Source: an uncultured Chloroflexia bacterium
GTDB lineage: Bacteria > Chloroflexota > Anaerolineae > JAAYZQ01
DNA: 64,000 nt
Direction: 5' to 3'
Assembly: GCA_963700285.1 (NCBI GenBank)
Contig: CAVOXA010000010.1
Location: 1,760,001 to 1,824,000 of the forward strand
The position numbers and the translations under genes were made by a program. The first letter of the stretch is position 1; every line of letters starts with the position of its first letter. Positions 62,428 through 64,000 of the stretch are shown in pieces. Under the pieces are notes generated by a model. It did no database searches. It was not told where the DNA came from and saw only the letters and a program-made list of their open reading frames with translations.

Positions 62428-63161
62428 GTGCGATGCTGAATACCCTGCTCCGGACGGTCATTTTGGACGACTCGGCCTACCAAGAGTGGCGCGAGCGTCC
62501 TAATCTCTTTCTGAGGGGCATTGTCCTGATCTCCATCGTCATACTCGTGGCCGGGCTCATCGTGTTTGCCGTGAACCTGGTGAATCTGGTTAGGGCACCA
62601 GATCTGGACCGGATAGAGGGGCAGATCCGGCAAGGATTCGAGATGTCGTCCCGGTTCAACCCTGCCATGCAGAATCTTCCGCCCGAAGTGCAGCAGATGA
62701 TGGACAGCATGATCGAAGTGATTGTCCCCATGGTCTCTGACCTCAGTCAGATCGAAGCCCCCTTGCCTCGAGGTATCAGTGGCCTATTCCAGGCGACAGG
62801 CGCGTATCTGAGCCGGGTCCTGGCCGCGCTGGGGGGGTGGTTGTTCTACGGCGTCCTGGTCCTGATCGCAGCCAACCTGCTAGGCGGATCGGCCAAGCTA
62901 CCGCACTTTCTGGGGATGGTGTCGTTGTATATCATCCCCGGGTTGCTGGCTGTGTTGCGCCCCGTCCCCTGTCTGGGTGGACTGCTGGCGCTGGTAGGTA
63001 CCATCTGGAGCATCGTGGTCTATATCAAGGCCGTGTCGGTTGCCACCGATCTGGACGCCGGCAGATCCATCCTGGCAGTGTTGGCGCCCTTCATCGTCAT
63101 GTTCCTGCTGGGCATTCTGCTGTCCGTCATGGGAGTCGCCTGGTTGGCAATCGTTCTCTAG
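62424..63161 (+). CDS. Yip1-family membrane protein (paralog)
   Basis: ATGA overlap with RBS GGAGG; IAANLLGG..IPGLL..WSIVVYIKAV. Confidence 0.75.
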   Translation: MSAMLNTLLRTVILDDSAYQEWRERPNLFLRGIVLISIVILVAGLIVFAVNLVNLVRAPDLDRIEGQIRQGFEMSSRFNPAMQNLPPEVQQMMDSMIEVIVPMVSDLSQIEAPLPRGISGLFQATGAYLSRVLAALGGWLFYGVLVLIAANLLGGSAKLPHFLGMVSLYIIPGLLAVLRPVPCLGGLLALVGTIWSIVVYIKAVSVATDLDAGRSILAVLAPFIVMFLLGILLSVMGVAWLAIVL

Positions 63162-63193
63162 GACCCTCCATTGGTCCAGCGGAAACCTTCTGG

Positions 63194-63243
63194 CGAGTCC
63201 GTGCCCTACCCGAAAGCGGTAAGGCGCGGACTCGTTTCTTTTC
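63194..63243 (+). terminator. Intrinsic terminator
   Basis: CGAGTCCGTGCC / GGCGCGGACTCG followed by a T tract. Confidence 0.75.
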
Positions 63244-63281
63244 CCGAACCTGTGGTGTTTCTGCTCCAGCCTGTACTAGAT

Positions 63282-63310
63282 TTGACAAATAAGAACATTT
63301 GTGCTAAACT
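63282..63310 (+). promoter_or_regulatory. recA promoter with LexA (GAAC-N4-GTTC type) box in the spacer
   Basis: TTGACA-17 nt-TAAACT; AGAACATTTGTGCT at 63292-63305. Confidence 0.75.
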
Positions 63311-63346
63311 GGATGACAGAGAACAGGATCAGAGGAGGTAGGCACA

Positions 63347-64000
63347 GTGGTTGAGGACAGAAGACTTAAGGCCTTGGAGACGACATTGACCAGCATCCAG
63401 AAGCGATATGGCGAAGGCGCGATCATGCGGCTGGGGCAAGCCACACACCTGCAAATAGAGACCATCCCCACCGGATCCCTGGCACTGGACCTGGCCTTGG
63501 GTGTGGGTGGCGTCCCGCGGGGCCGCGTCACCGAGATCTATGGTCCTGAAGGTTCGGGCAAGACTACGGTCTGCCAGCACATTGTGGCGGAAGCGCAGCG
63601 TATGGGGGGCGTGGCGGCATTCATCGACATGGAACATGCGCTGGACCCACTGTATGCGGCCAAGTGCGGTGTGGATGTGGATGAGCTGTACATCTCGCAG
63701 CCAGACACAGGCGAGCAAGCCCTGGAGATAGCGGAAGCTCTGGTACGAAGCGGGGCCGTGGACGTCATAATCGTGGACTCGGTTGCAGCCCTGGTACCTC
63801 GAGCCGAGATCGAAGGGGACATGGGGGACAGCCACCCCGGGTTGCAAGCACGGTTGATGAGCCAGGCGCTGCGAAAGCTGAGTGGGGCGATCAAGGCCAG
63901 CAATACGGCAATGGTGTTCACCAACCAGCTTCGGCACAAGATTGGCGTGATGTTTGGCAGTCCGGAGACGACGTCGGGCGGGATGGCGCTCAAGTTCTAT
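63347..64000 (+). CDS. recA: Recombinase RecA (3' end runs off window)
   Basis: Manual translation: [64 protein letters not shown]. Confidence 0.97.
   Translation, partial: MVEDRRLKALETTLTSIQKRYGEGAIMRLGQATHLQIETIPTGSLALDLALGVGGVPRGRVTEIYGPEGSGKTTVCQHIVAEAQRMGGVAAFIDMEHALDPLYAAKCGVDVDELYISQPDTGEQALEIAEALVRSGAVDVIIVDSVAALVPRAEIEGDMGDSHPGLQARLMSQALRKLSGAIKASNTAMVFTNQLRHKIGVMFGSPETTSGGMALKFY

Overview
High-GC bacterial chromosome segment, probably Chloroflexota/Anaerolineae. That is inferred from a C-terminal 'YLPLIxR' motif, a BTAD regulator and a GAAC-N4-GTTC-type SOS box. 1-15.6 kb is housekeeping (hpt, UPF0182, ilvE, parAB). From tRNA-Glu(TTC) at 15846 to about 35.9 kb lies an integrase-less array of small cargo cassettes: four toxin-antitoxin-like pairs, an NYN protein, a BTAD regulator and gene fragments. 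The cassettes are separated by seven copies or partial copies of a 49-bp site ending in the tRNA 3' end (CCCTTGGGGGCA), most followed by a terminator-like hairpin. Two IS110 elements sit at the same nucleotide of this core. Their non-coding ends show readable bridge-RNA target and donor guides and a circle-junction promoter. A truncated group IIC intron follows the last site. 38-56 kb carries metabolic operons (pckA, GlcDF/LarA, LeuCD + citryl-CoA lyase + CoA ligase) with many frameshifts that are probably sequencing errors. The right end has a methyltransferase with in-frame UGA-UGA plus a SECIS-like hairpin, two Yip1 genes and recA.
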